The notes under the pieces were generated by a model. It saw nothing but the letters and a program-made list of their open reading frames with translations, was not told the origin of the DNA and did no database searches. From positions 1,856,001 through 1,920,000 of the forward strand of contig CBDEFM010000002.1 in assembly GCA_965237415.1 (NCBI GenBank): a DNA stretch of 64,000 bases. The letters run 5' to 3'. The position numbers and the translations under genes are program-made. Origin of the DNA: Alphaproteobacteria bacterium (lineage in GTDB: Bacteria; Pseudomonadota; Alphaproteobacteria; UBA828). Of the stretch, positions 28,110-37,637 are shown piece after piece (within the stretch, counting starts at the first letter, position 1; each line of letters opens with the position of its first letter).

Positions 28110-28871
28110 ATGGCCGATAGCAACGACAAGCCGCTCGGGCGATACATCCGGGTGCTTGAGACGGTGGCCGCCGCGCGAACCGGGCTCACGCTCACGGACA
28201 TCGCCAAGGAGCTCGAACTGCAACCGGGAACGGCACATCGCCTGATCCGCGGCCTCCTGGACCTCGACCTGTTGCGCAGCGCGCCTGGCACCAAGAGCTA
28301 CGTGACCGGGCCTCGCCTGCAAACCCTCCTCCACGCGACCATGGACGGCGCCGGCTATGCGGGGCTGGCGAAGTCGGTGCTGGACGGGCTCGTTGCGGAG
28401 TTCGGCGAGACCGCGCATCTGGCCCGGCTGAACGGCGACTTCGCCGAGTCCGTGCTGATGGAGCAGCCCGTGGGCTCCGACCGCGCCTTCGTGCAGCCGG
28501 GCCGGCAACTGCCGTTGCACGCGGCGGCCTCCGGCAAGGCGATCCTGGCGTTCCAGGACGAGGAGTTCGTCGCGCGCTACCTCTCGCGCCCGCGCACGCG
28601 CTACACGGAGAAGACCAGGGTCGGGGAAGCGGAGATCCGCACTGAGCTCGGTCAAATCCGCGCGGACGGCATGGCGGTATGCGACAACGAACTCGATGCC
28701 GGCGTGCTGAGCTACGGACATCCGATCCGGGTGAGCAGCGGCTATGTCGTCTATTCGGTCGGCATCACCGGCCTCGCGGACCGCTTCCGCCCCATGGAAC
28801 GAACCCGGATCAAGCAGAAGTTATCCGAGGCGGCGGCCGACCTCGGCAGGAGGCTCGGATTTACGAGCTGA
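28110..28871 (+). CDS. IclR family transcriptional regulator
   Basis: N-terminal HTH (LTLTDIAKELELQPGTAHRL), GETAHL, LPLHAAASGKAILAF. Confidence 0.92.
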   Translation: MADSNDKPLGRYIRVLETVAAARTGLTLTDIAKELELQPGTAHRLIRGLLDLDLLRSAPGTKSYVTGPRLQTLLHATMDGAGYAGLAKSVLDGLVAEFGETAHLARLNGDFAESVLMEQPVGSDRAFVQPGRQLPLHAAASGKAILAFQDEEFVARYLSRPRTRYTEKTRVGEAEIRTELGQIRADGMAVCDNELDAGVLSYGHPIRVSSGYVVYSVGITGLADRFRPMERTRIKQKLSEAAADLGRRLGFTS

Positions 28872-28883
28872 TGGGAGTTCGCG

Positions 28884-29822
28884 ATGGTTGACGCACGCTT
28901 GGCAGAGATTATTCGGAATTGCCGGAACGGTACGGGAAGCAACTGCGGCGGATATCTGGAACCCACCGCCACGGGCCAACCGGGGGCCTACATCTCGACG
29001 ATCTTGCTATCGACGGGCAGTGTGAACCTTGAACAATTTCCAGGTTACCCATTCGACGAGGACTTAGACCAGGGCATGGCCAAAATCGTGTCCTACGATC
29101 GCGCCGAATGTAACGATTCCTATATCGGTCAAATCAATATGTTGCAGGCGTCGTCGTTCAGCGGCGTTAACGGAGCGATATGGGGCTACGACCTGGCAAT
29201 CGAACCCCGCATCGGGAAGACGTATCCTGTCGGCCGTATCGAGAATATACCCATCTACTCCCTCATTCCCTTACGCGATGCAACCCGGCAGCTCTTTGGA
29301 GTCGCCGAAAACCGGCATTTCCCTCCGCAAGAAGGCGCCATGGTCGTTTGCGCCGAGAAGTACCTCACAAGCGCGGTCTCCGACGGAAATTTGTGGATTT
29401 GGTGCGCTCTCGGGTTCGCGATTGCGGAAGACCGCGATAATCATGCTTGCTTGTTTATGGAAGACACGGGGTCGTTGAGGCTCGGGGAAGACGAAGAACA
29501 GACCGTGCGGCACAAGCTCGACGATAGGCTCAACAGGATCGCCTATGCGGCGTATCTATGCGGCGAGAATCAGGGCGCACGCTACAAGAAGATCTACATC
29601 GGCTGGAAGGCGTCCTACATACCGAAGAATCACGTGGGTTGTGCGCTCGCCTGCGCCCCATACGTGACGCTTCCGTCCGGCGCATTCAAGAACATTACTC
29701 CGGAGACCGACATCCTCGAGCTTTCGACCGAGGACTGGCTATCCAGAGTGGGCTTTTCCGAGGTGGACGAGCCCGACTATGCGCTCAAGACCCTGACCGG
29801 GCCGAATATCCCTCTCCAATAA
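28884..29822 (+). CDS. hdcA: Pyruvoyl-dependent histidine decarboxylase proenzyme
   Basis: IVSYDRAE..SYIGQINMLQASSFSG (Ser-Ser autocleavage site), GYDL, VCAEK, LFMEDTG, CAPYVTLP. These match the Lactobacillus 30a HdcA motifs as I recall them (SYDRAE, QINMTTASSF, MFVEDAG, VAPYVSLP); 312 aa. Confidence 0.9.
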   Translation: MVDARLAEIIRNCRNGTGSNCGGYLEPTATGQPGAYISTILLSTGSVNLEQFPGYPFDEDLDQGMAKIVSYDRAECNDSYIGQINMLQASSFSGVNGAIWGYDLAIEPRIGKTYPVGRIENIPIYSLIPLRDATRQLFGVAENRHFPPQEGAMVVCAEKYLTSAVSDGNLWIWCALGFAIAEDRDNHACLFMEDTGSLRLGEDEEQTVRHKLDDRLNRIAYAAYLCGENQGARYKKIYIGWKASYIPKNHVGCALACAPYVTLPSGAFKNITPETDILELSTEDWLSRVGFSEVDEPDYALKTLTGPNIPLQ

Positions 29823-29918
29823 ACGCGGATTCACGGGCCTAGGGAGAGACATCGTGATCGACGAATTGGGACGCCGGCCGGCGTCCGGCCGGTCTCCTCG
29901 CTGACCGGGAGAGGCACG

Positions 29919-31007
29919 TTGGTCGAGGACAGCATAGCGATCGAGGTACGCGATGCCGTCAAACGCTTCGGCTCGGTGACCGCACTCGCCGGGGCGAGTC
30001 TGACGATCCGGGACAACGAGTTTTTCACGCTGCTCGGGCCTTCGGGCTGCGGCAAGACCACCCTGCTTCGCCTGATCGCAGGCTTTGAGGACATCACCGA
30101 GGGGACGATCCTCCTCTACGGCGAGGAACTCGGCGACCTCCCTCCCAACAAGCGGCCGATCAACACCGTCTTCCAGCACTACGCGCTTTTTCCGCACATG
30201 ACGGTGGCGGAGAACGTGGCCTTCGGCATGCGGAGGCTCGGCTGGAGCAAGGCCGATATCGAGGACCAGACCGCCCGCATCCTCGACCTCGTGAAGCTCG
30301 GCGACCTCGCAGCCCGCAGACCGTCTCAGCTCTCCGGCGGGCAACAGCAGCGGGTGGCACTGGCGCGGGCGATGGCACCTCGGCCCCGGGTGCTGTTGCT
30401 CGACGAGCCGCTGTCCGCGCTCGATCTCAAGCTCCGGCAGGCGATGCGCATCGAGCTGAAGCAGATTCAGAAGGATACCGGCATCACCTTCGTCTTCGTC
30501 ACCCACGACCAGGAAGAAGCACTGACGATGTCGGACCGCATCGCCGTCATGTCGGCGGGCGAGATCCGGCAGATCGGGACGCCGCACGAAATCTATGAGG
30601 CGCCCGTCGACCGCTTCGTGGCCAACTTCATCGGCGAGACCAACGTCCTCGACGTGACCGTGCTGCGGGGGCCGGACGGCGCCTACACGTGCCGCCTGAG
30701 CAACGGCGCGGTGTTTCCGTGCCAAGCCGCCGGCACTCCGTCGGAGGACGGGGCCACCGCGCATGTGCTGATCCGGCCCGAGCGTCTGTCTTTTGTGGCC
30801 GCGGAACAGGGTGATCGCGGCCTCACGGGCGTGGTCGACCAGATCGTCTATCTCGGCACCGACATCCAGTACGGCGTCCGGCTCGACGGAGGGCCCGACG
30901 TCCTGGTCCGGACGCAAAATGCCGGCGAGGACGTGAGGCCTTACCAGTCCGGCGACCGGGTGGGCCTCACCATCGCCCCCGGCGCCGCCCGGCTGCTGGT
31001 GGACTGA
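29919..31007 (+). CDS. Polyamine-type ABC transporter ATP-binding protein (PotA-like)
   Basis: GPSGCGKTT, VFQHYALFPH, LSGGQQQRVALARA, VTHDQEEALTMSDRI, C-terminal TOBE domain; TTG start. Confidence 0.93.
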   Translation: MVEDSIAIEVRDAVKRFGSVTALAGASLTIRDNEFFTLLGPSGCGKTTLLRLIAGFEDITEGTILLYGEELGDLPPNKRPINTVFQHYALFPHMTVAENVAFGMRRLGWSKADIEDQTARILDLVKLGDLAARRPSQLSGGQQQRVALARAMAPRPRVLLLDEPLSALDLKLRQAMRIELKQIQKDTGITFVFVTHDQEEALTMSDRIAVMSAGEIRQIGTPHEIYEAPVDRFVANFIGETNVLDVTVLRGPDGAYTCRLSNGAVFPCQAAGTPSEDGATAHVLIRPERLSFVAAEQGDRGLTGVVDQIVYLGTDIQYGVRLDGGPDVLVRTQNAGEDVRPYQSGDRVGLTIAPGAARLLVD

Positions 31008-31933
31008 TGACGGCCGAGCTCAGCAGCACCAGGGCAGTCTCCCGCACCTTCGCGCCGGTGCGCACCGGATTGCTGATCCCCACCTGGGTGGTGATCGGTT
31101 TCTTCCTCCTGGCCCCGGTGCTGATGATGCTCGTCTACTCCTTTCTGACGAAGGAGTTCCGCGGCGGGGTGATCTGGGAGTTCTCGCTCGCGGCTTACGA
31201 CCAATTCATCTTCGACCGCGGCCTCTTCGGCGACGATCCGCCCAAGATCGAGTGGACGTACATCGTCATCTTCGCACGCTCGATAATTCAGGCCGCCGTT
31301 GCCACCGTCCTCTGCCTCATCATCGGCTTCCCGACCGCATACTTCATCGCCACCCGGTCGCCCGAGACGCGCTCGATCTGGCTCTTCCTGGTCACGGTGC
31401 CCTATTGGGTGAACCTGCTCATCCGCACCGTTTCGATGAAGTTCCTCATCCGCGACAACGGGCCGCTCAACAAAGCCTTGATGGGTCTCGGACTCATCAA
31501 CGAGCCGATCGCGCTCATCAACACCGATTTCGCCGTGCAGCTCGGTCTCTTCTACTCGTACCTGCCCTTCATGGTGCTGCCCATCTATGCATCGGTGGAG
31601 CGTTACGACTTCGCGCTTTCCGAAGCGGCGGCCGACCTCTACGCCGGGCGCTGGACGATCCTCCGCCGGGTGATTCTGCCGATCGTGCGGCCTGGCATCG
31701 TGGCCGGTTGCATACTGGTCTTCGTGCCGAGCCTCGGCGCGTTCCTTGCGCCCGATCTTCTCGGCGGCGCCAAGTCATTCCTGATCGGCTCCCTGATCGA
31801 AGAGCAGTTCAAGGGCAACGCCGGCAATTGGCCGTTCGGCGCGGCCGCGTCGATGATTCTCCTCACTCTCGTGCTGATCGTGCTCTTGATCTATGCGCGC
31901 CGGCAAGCGCGGCGCAGCGCGAAGCAGGGCTGA
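31007..31933 (+). CDS. Polyamine-type ABC transporter permease (PotB-like)
   Basis: [38 protein letters not shown]. Confidence 0.92.
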   Translation: MTAELSSTRAVSRTFAPVRTGLLIPTWVVIGFFLLAPVLMMLVYSFLTKEFRGGVIWEFSLAAYDQFIFDRGLFGDDPPKIEWTYIVIFARSIIQAAVATVLCLIIGFPTAYFIATRSPETRSIWLFLVTVPYWVNLLIRTVSMKFLIRDNGPLNKALMGLGLINEPIALINTDFAVQLGLFYSYLPFMVLPIYASVERYDFALSEAAADLYAGRWTILRRVILPIVRPGIVAGCILVFVPSLGAFLAPDLLGGAKSFLIGSLIEEQFKGNAGNWPFGAAASMILLTLVLIVLLIYARRQARRSAKQG

Positions 31934-31934
31934 G

Positions 31935-32768
31935 ATGCGGCGCAGCCTCAATATCAGGCGCTACCCCGGCTTCCTGCCGATGACGATCCTCTGTCTGGTG
32001 GTGCTCTACGCCCCCCTCCTGGTGGTGATGGTTTACAGCTTCAACGATTCGCTCTCCATCACCCGCTGGGGTGGGTTCAGCTTCCGCTGGTACATGGACG
32101 TCTTCACCGGGCCGGAATCGGCGAAATTCAAGGACGCCGCGTGGAACTCGCTGACCATCGCGCTCTCCGCCGCCGTCACCAGCACGACCATCGCCACCGC
32201 CGCCGCCATCGCCATGGTGCGCGGCGGCGCCTTTCGCGGCAAATCGTTGAATTTCGCGTTGATCAGCATGCCGATCATGGTGCCCGAAATCGTCACCGCC
32301 GTGGCGACTCTGGTCTTCTTCAGCGCCATCGGATTCGCGCTCGGGTACCTGTCAATTCTCGTGGCCCATATCGTCTTCTGTATTCCGTTCGCCTACCTGC
32401 CCATCGCGGCTCGGCTGCAGGGTATCGACGGCAGTTACGAGGAAGCCGCTCAGGATCTATACGCCAGCCGGTTCCAGGCATTTCTTCGTGTTCTCATGCC
32501 CTTGATGGCACCCGGAATCCTCGCTGGTTTTCTGTTGGCATTCATCATCTCTCTCGACGATTTCATCATCACGAACTTCATCAAGGGCGCTGGCATCGAA
32601 ACCCTGCCCACGGCGATCTTCGGGGCCGTGAAGCAGGGGATCAAGCCCAACATCATGGCTCTCAGCACACTCATGCTCTCCGTCTCGATACTCATCGTCA
32701 CACTTTCCTATCTCATCGGTCGTTACGGTCGTTATGGAACGAAGACGGAGGCATCGGAATCTGGTTAA
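31935..32768 (+). CDS. Polyamine-type ABC transporter permease (PotC-like)
   Basis: [39 protein letters not shown]. Confidence 0.92.
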   Translation: MRRSLNIRRYPGFLPMTILCLVVLYAPLLVVMVYSFNDSLSITRWGGFSFRWYMDVFTGPESAKFKDAAWNSLTIALSAAVTSTTIATAAAIAMVRGGAFRGKSLNFALISMPIMVPEIVTAVATLVFFSAIGFALGYLSILVAHIVFCIPFAYLPIAARLQGIDGSYEEAAQDLYASRFQAFLRVLMPLMAPGILAGFLLAFIISLDDFIITNFIKGAGIETLPTAIFGAVKQGIKPNIMALSTLMLSVSILIVTLSYLIGRYGRYGTKTEASESG

Positions 32769-32791
32769 CTGGCTCAACAAAGGAGGTCAAC

Positions 32792-33829
32792 ATGCGATAC
32801 ATGTTCAAAGCTGGAATGGTGGCAGTAGCACTGATCTTTGCCGCGAGTGCGGCCCACGCTCAGGAGAAGATCTCGATTTACCACTGGTTCGAGTACATTC
32901 CGCAGGAGCTGCTCGACAAGTTCGCTGCCGAAACGGGGATCGAGGTCACGATGGACACCTTCGATTCCAACGAGGCCATGCTCGCCACGCTCAAGGCCGG
33001 CAAGCTCGGCTCCTACGACGTGGCGGTGCCGGGCGATTATATGGTCGAGATCATGACGGGCGAAGGCATGCTCGACACCATCGCAGAGGGCGAGCTCGCC
33101 AACTTCGCCAACATCGAGCCGCAATGGGTGGACGTGCCCTTCGATCCGGGCCGCATGCACTCGATCCCCTATCAGTGGGGCTCGACCAGCTTCTCGGTGA
33201 ACCGGGACGTCTATGCGGGCGACATCAACGACACCAGCATCATCTTCGACCCGCCGGAGGAGGTGAAGGGCAAGATCAACGTCCTGGACTCCCAGGGCGA
33301 GGTCATGCTCTTGGCCTCCCTCCATCTCGGCATTCCGCAATGCTCGACGGACCGCGAGCAGCTGAAGGCGCTCGACGCGCTCTTGCAGTCCGCCAAGCCG
33401 CACTGGGCCTCCTTCGGCTCCGACATCGCCAAGGACGTGCTCGTCTCGGGCGATGCCGCGGTGGGGATGATTTGGAACGGGTTCTCCGCCAAGGCGCGCG
33501 CGGAGGGCGCCAACATCGAGTACGCCTATCCGCGTCAGGGCTTCGTCGTCTGGATGGACAATGTCGTGCTCCTGAAGGACGCGCCCAACCGGGCGAGCGC
33601 GCTCAAGTTCATGGACTTCCTGCTGGAGCCGGAGAATATCGCCGCGGTGACCAACTACGCGCGCTATGCGGCAGGCGTTGAGGGTGTCACGCCGCTTCTG
33701 GATCCGGAGCTCGCCTCGGCGCCCGAATCCGTTCCGCCCGCCGATGCCCCTGCGGGCAGCTTCATCGCGGTCTGCGATCAGGCGACGCAGGAGGTCTACG
33801 ACACGATGTGGACCCGCCTGAAGAAGTAG
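32792..33829 (+). CDS. Polyamine-type ABC transporter substrate-binding protein (PotD/PotF-like)
   Basis: Signal peptide, YHWFEYIP, FDSNEAMLA, DPGRMHSIPYQWG, WNG, WMDN; AAGGAGG RBS. Confidence 0.92.
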   Translation: MRYMFKAGMVAVALIFAASAAHAQEKISIYHWFEYIPQELLDKFAAETGIEVTMDTFDSNEAMLATLKAGKLGSYDVAVPGDYMVEIMTGEGMLDTIAEGELANFANIEPQWVDVPFDPGRMHSIPYQWGSTSFSVNRDVYAGDINDTSIIFDPPEEVKGKINVLDSQGEVMLLASLHLGIPQCSTDREQLKALDALLQSAKPHWASFGSDIAKDVLVSGDAAVGMIWNGFSAKARAEGANIEYAYPRQGFVVWMDNVVLLKDAPNRASALKFMDFLLEPENIAAVTNYARYAAGVEGVTPLLDPELASAPESVPPADAPAGSFIAVCDQATQEVYDTMWTRLKK

Positions 33830-33912
33830 ACGTCCGTTTCCTGTTGCCGGGCGGCGCACCCCAACGGGGCGCGCCGCCCGGCTCAACCTGCCGCGACCAG
33901 TCGGGTGATCCC

Positions 33913-35988
33913 ATGAGCCTGGAGTCTCGTTACGACATCCTGCTTCAACCCATCGAGATCGGGCCGGTCACCGCCCGAAATCGCTTCTACCAGGTGCCCC
34001 ACTGCACCGGCATGGGCTATCGCGACCCGACCGCGCTCGCCCATATGCGGGGCGTGAAGGCCGAGGGTGGCTGGGCGGTCGTCTGTACCGAACAGGTCGA
34101 GATCCACTGGACCTCGGAGATCACGCCCTTCATCGAGCTCCGGCTCTGGGACGACCGCGACATCCCGATGCTCGCCAGGATGGCGGACCACATCCACGCG
34201 CACGGCGCGCTCGCCGGGCTGGAGCTCTGCTACAACGGCCTGCACGGCCCCAACTTCTATTCGCGCGAAGTGCCGATGGCGCCGACCGGGCGCGCGATCG
34301 CGAGCTTCACTTACGAACCCCTCCAGGCGCGCACCATGGACAAGGAGGACATCCGCAACGTCCGCCGCTGGCACAAGGCGGCGGCGCTTCGCGCCCGGCG
34401 GGCGGGTTTCGACCTGATCTATGTGTATGCCGGCCACGGGCTGAGCTTCCTGCATCACTTCCTCTCCAGGGAGTTCAATCACCGCACCGACGAATACGGC
34501 GGCTCGCTCGAAAACCGCGTGCGGCTCCTCAAGGAGCTCCTGATCGACACCAAGGAAGCGGTGGGCGACAGCTGCGCCGTTCCCTGCCGCCTCTCGATGG
34601 ACGAGCTTCGCGGCGCGGACGGGCTGGAGAAGGCCGAGACCGAGGACATGATCGGTCTCGTCGCGGAGATTCCGGACCTCTGGGACGTTTGCCTCGCCGG
34701 CTGGGAGAACGACAGCCTCTCGTCCCGCTTCGGCGAGGAGGGAGGGCAGGAACCCTTCATCGCCGGCGTCAAGAAGCTCACCACGAAGCCGGTGGTCGGC
34801 GTCGGCCGCTATACGTCGCCGGACCGCATGGTCTCCATCGTCAAGAAGGGCATCGTCGATCTGATCGGCTGTGCCCGGCCCTCCATCGCCGATCCCTTCC
34901 TGCCGCGAAAGGTGGCCGAGGGGCGCCTCGAGGACATCCGCGAGTGTATCGGCTGCAACATCTGCGTATCGGGCGATTTCACCATGTCGCCCATCCGCTG
35001 CACCCAGAACCCGACCATGGGGGAGGAATGGCGCCGGGGCTGGCATCCCGAGTTCATTCGGCCGAAGGAGAGCGAGAAGCCCGTCCTGATCGTGGGCGCC
35101 GGCCCCGCCGGCCTCGAAGCCGCGCAGGCGCTCGGCAAGCGCGGCTACGACGTAACCCTGGCCGAGCAGGGCAGAGAGTTGGGCGGGCGGGTCGCCCGCG
35201 AATGTCGCCTGCCGGGCCTCGCCGCCTGGGGCCGGGTGCGAGATTACCGCGCCGAGCAGCTTCGGAAGCTTCCCAACGTCGCCCTCTATCTGGAATCCCA
35301 ACTCGATGCGGAGACCGTTCTCGAATTCGGCTGCCCCCGCGTCGTGATCGCCACAGGCGCGCGCTGGCGCAGCGACGGGGTCGGCCACCACTGGACCGCG
35401 CCCCTGCCCATCGAGGACGGATCGCAGGTCCTCACGCCCGACGACCTCATGGAGGGTCGCTTGCCCGAGGGAACGCGCGTCGTCGTCTGGGACGACGATC
35501 ACTACTACATGGGCGGCGTGCTGGCCGAGCTCTTGGCCGACAAAGGCTATGAGACCACCTACATGACGCCCGCATCGGAGGCCTGCACCTGGAGCCGCAA
35601 CACCATGGAGCAGCACTTCGTCCAGGCGCGCATGCTGGAGAAGGGAATAGCCATCGAGGCGTTCCGGACCCTGAGCCGTATTTCTCCGGGCACCGTCGCC
35701 ATGTCATGCGTCCATACCGGCCGGGTCGAAGAGCTGGAGGCCGATGCGGTGGTTCTCGTCACCAGCCGAACATCCTCGGACGAGATCGCGGCCGATCTCT
35801 TGCGGCAACAGGACCGCTGGCCGGACTCCGGCCTCGAAGCCGTCGAGGCCATCGGCGACGCGCTTGCGCCGGCCACCATCGCCCATGCTGTCTACGCCGG
35901 GCGACGCTACGCCGAAGACCTCGACGGCGTCGCCGTTGCGATGGACGAGGTGCCCTTCAAGCGCGAGATCGCAGAGTTGATCGAGTGA
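33913..35988 (+). CDS. Histamine dehydrogenase-like iron-sulfur flavoprotein (trimethylamine dehydrogenase family)
   Basis: RFYQVPHCTGMG (Cys for covalent FMN), KAEGGW, IYVYAGH, RTDEYGGSLENR, ARPSIADP, ECIGCNICVSGDFTMSPIRCTQNP (4Fe-4S), GEEWRRGWHPE, GAGPAG; 691 aa. Confidence 0.85.
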   Translation: MSLESRYDILLQPIEIGPVTARNRFYQVPHCTGMGYRDPTALAHMRGVKAEGGWAVVCTEQVEIHWTSEITPFIELRLWDDRDIPMLARMADHIHAHGALAGLELCYNGLHGPNFYSREVPMAPTGRAIASFTYEPLQARTMDKEDIRNVRRWHKAAALRARRAGFDLIYVYAGHGLSFLHHFLSREFNHRTDEYGGSLENRVRLLKELLIDTKEAVGDSCAVPCRLSMDELRGADGLEKAETEDMIGLVAEIPDLWDVCLAGWENDSLSSRFGEEGGQEPFIAGVKKLTTKPVVGVGRYTSPDRMVSIVKKGIVDLIGCARPSIADPFLPRKVAEGRLEDIRECIGCNICVSGDFTMSPIRCTQNPTMGEEWRRGWHPEFIRPKESEKPVLIVGAGPAGLEAAQALGKRGYDVTLAEQGRELGGRVARECRLPGLAAWGRVRDYRAEQLRKLPNVALYLESQLDAETVLEFGCPRVVIATGARWRSDGVGHHWTAPLPIEDGSQVLTPDDLMEGRLPEGTRVVVWDDDHYYMGGVLAELLADKGYETTYMTPASEACTWSRNTMEQHFVQARMLEKGIAIEAFRTLSRISPGTVAMSCVHTGRVEELEADAVVLVTSRTSSDEIAADLLRQQDRWPDSGLEAVEAIGDALAPATIAHAVYAGRRYAEDLDGVAVAMDEVPFKREIAELIE

Positions 35989-36075
35989 CTCTATTGGCAG
36001 GTGAGCAGCAGCCAATGGAGTGAACGCCCCCTCCTAACGGCATCCCCCGGCACGTACAATCTTTGTCGATCTGCC

Positions 36076-37620
36076 CTACGGCCGCATTGGAAAACTGGTC
36101 GGCCCCTTCAAATGCGGCAGCAGGGGTTGGACGCGGGCGATCCAGTCGCAGAGCACGGGGCGGGTCTCGCGCGGGTCGATGAGCTCGTGGATCGAGAAGC
36201 TCTCGGCGCGGGGCACCGGGGACTGGCGCGCGAGCATGGCTTCTTCGAGGCGCTCGCGCTCGGCGGCGGGATCGTCGGCCCGTGCGATTTGACGGCCGAA
36301 GGCCACCGCCACGCCGCCCTCGACCGGGAGCGCCCCCATCTCGGCCGAGGGCCAGGCGACGACGAACCCATCCGGGCCGAAATGCGCGGCGACGGCAACA
36401 CCGTGCGCCTTGCGCACGATCACCGACGCCCAAGGCACCACGGAGCTCGCCGCTGCGAGCACGGCGGCAGCGCCGAAGCGGATCGTGCCGGCCTTCTCCG
36501 CCTCCGTCCCGATCATGAAGCCGGGCTCGTCCACCAGACTCACAATCGGCAGGTGGAACGTGTCGCAGAGCTCGATGAAGCGGCGCGTCTTCTGCGAGCC
36601 CGCTGCGGTCATGGCGCCGGCAAGGTGCCAGCAGTCGTTGGCGAGCACGCCGACGGGCTGGCCGGAGAGCCGGGCGAGGCCGGTGATCGTACCTTGCCCA
36701 TAGAGCCGGCCGATCTCGAAGAATGAGCCCTCATCCAGCACCAGCGCGATCACGCGCCGCATGTCGTAGAGCTTGCGCCGGTTGCGCGGCACGATCCCGA
36801 TCAGCGCCTCGGCACGCCGGTCCGCCGGATCGTCGGCCGACGTGCAGGGAGGAAGCTCCCAGACGTTGGGCGGCAGATAGCTCAGGAACCGGCGGATCTC
36901 GGCGAAGGCTGCCGGCTCGTCCGCGACCAGATTGTCGATGACGCCGTTCCTCGCGTGCACCGCCGGGCCGCCGAGCGCCTCCTTGCTCGGGCGCCGCCCG
37001 AGCGCGCGTTCGACCACGGCGGGGCCTGCGATCAGGATTTGCGAGTTCTCGGTCATCACCGAGAAGTGCGAGGCCACCAGGCGCGCGGCGGGAAGGCCCG
37101 CGACCGCACCGAGCCCCGCCGAGGCAACGGGCACGGTTGCCATCGCCTGGGCTACGGACTTGAAGCGCGGCGGGGCGTTGACCGGCGTGCCCACCGTCTT
37201 CGAGCCGGTCCCGGCGACGCTCCCGCCTGCGCCTTGATGGAGCCGCACCAGCGGCACGCGGTAGGTGCAGGCGAGCTCCTCCGCGTAGACGCTCTTGCGC
37301 AGGCCCGCCTCGTTGGGCGAGCCGCCGCCGAGCGTGAAATCCTCGCCGCCGATGACGCAGCGGCGCCCGTCGATCGCGCCGAAGCCGAGCACGAAGTTGG
37401 CCGGATTAAAGTCGGTGAGCCGCCCCTCGCCATCGCGGGTCGCATCGCCGGAGGCGCCGCCCAGCTCCCGAAAGGAGCCTGGGTCGAGCATGGCGTCGAT
37501 CCGTTCGCGGATCGTGAGAAGCCCCCTGGCGTGCTGGCGGGCGACGCCCTCCTCCCCGCCCTGCGCCTGTGCGAGCGCCCGCTTGCGTGCGAGCTCCTCG
37601 ACCTCCCTCTCCCAGCTCAT
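36076..37620 (-). CDS. Acyl-CoA carboxylase, carboxyltransferase (beta) subunit
   Basis: GLLTIRERI..LDPGSFRE, EDFTLGGG, IAGPAVVE, LGGPAVH, CDTFHLPIVSLVDEPGFMIG, IDPRETR. Confidence 0.9.
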   Translation of the reverse strand: MSWEREVEELARKRALAQAQGGEEGVARQHARGLLTIRERIDAMLDPGSFRELGGASGDATRDGEGRLTDFNPANFVLGFGAIDGRRCVIGGEDFTLGGGSPNEAGLRKSVYAEELACTYRVPLVRLHQGAGGSVAGTGSKTVGTPVNAPPRFKSVAQAMATVPVASAGLGAVAGLPAARLVASHFSVMTENSQILIAGPAVVERALGRRPSKEALGGPAVHARNGVIDNLVADEPAAFAEIRRFLSYLPPNVWELPPCTSADDPADRRAEALIGIVPRNRRKLYDMRRVIALVLDEGSFFEIGRLYGQGTITGLARLSGQPVGVLANDCWHLAGAMTAAGSQKTRRFIELCDTFHLPIVSLVDEPGFMIGTEAEKAGTIRFGAAAVLAAASSVVPWASVIVRKAHGVAVAAHFGPDGFVVAWPSAEMGALPVEGGVAVAFGRQIARADDPAAERERLEEAMLARQSPVPRAESFSIHELIDPRETRPVLCDWIARVQPLLPHLKGPTSFPMRP

Positions 37621-37637
37621 GCGTGGCTCATGGAGGC

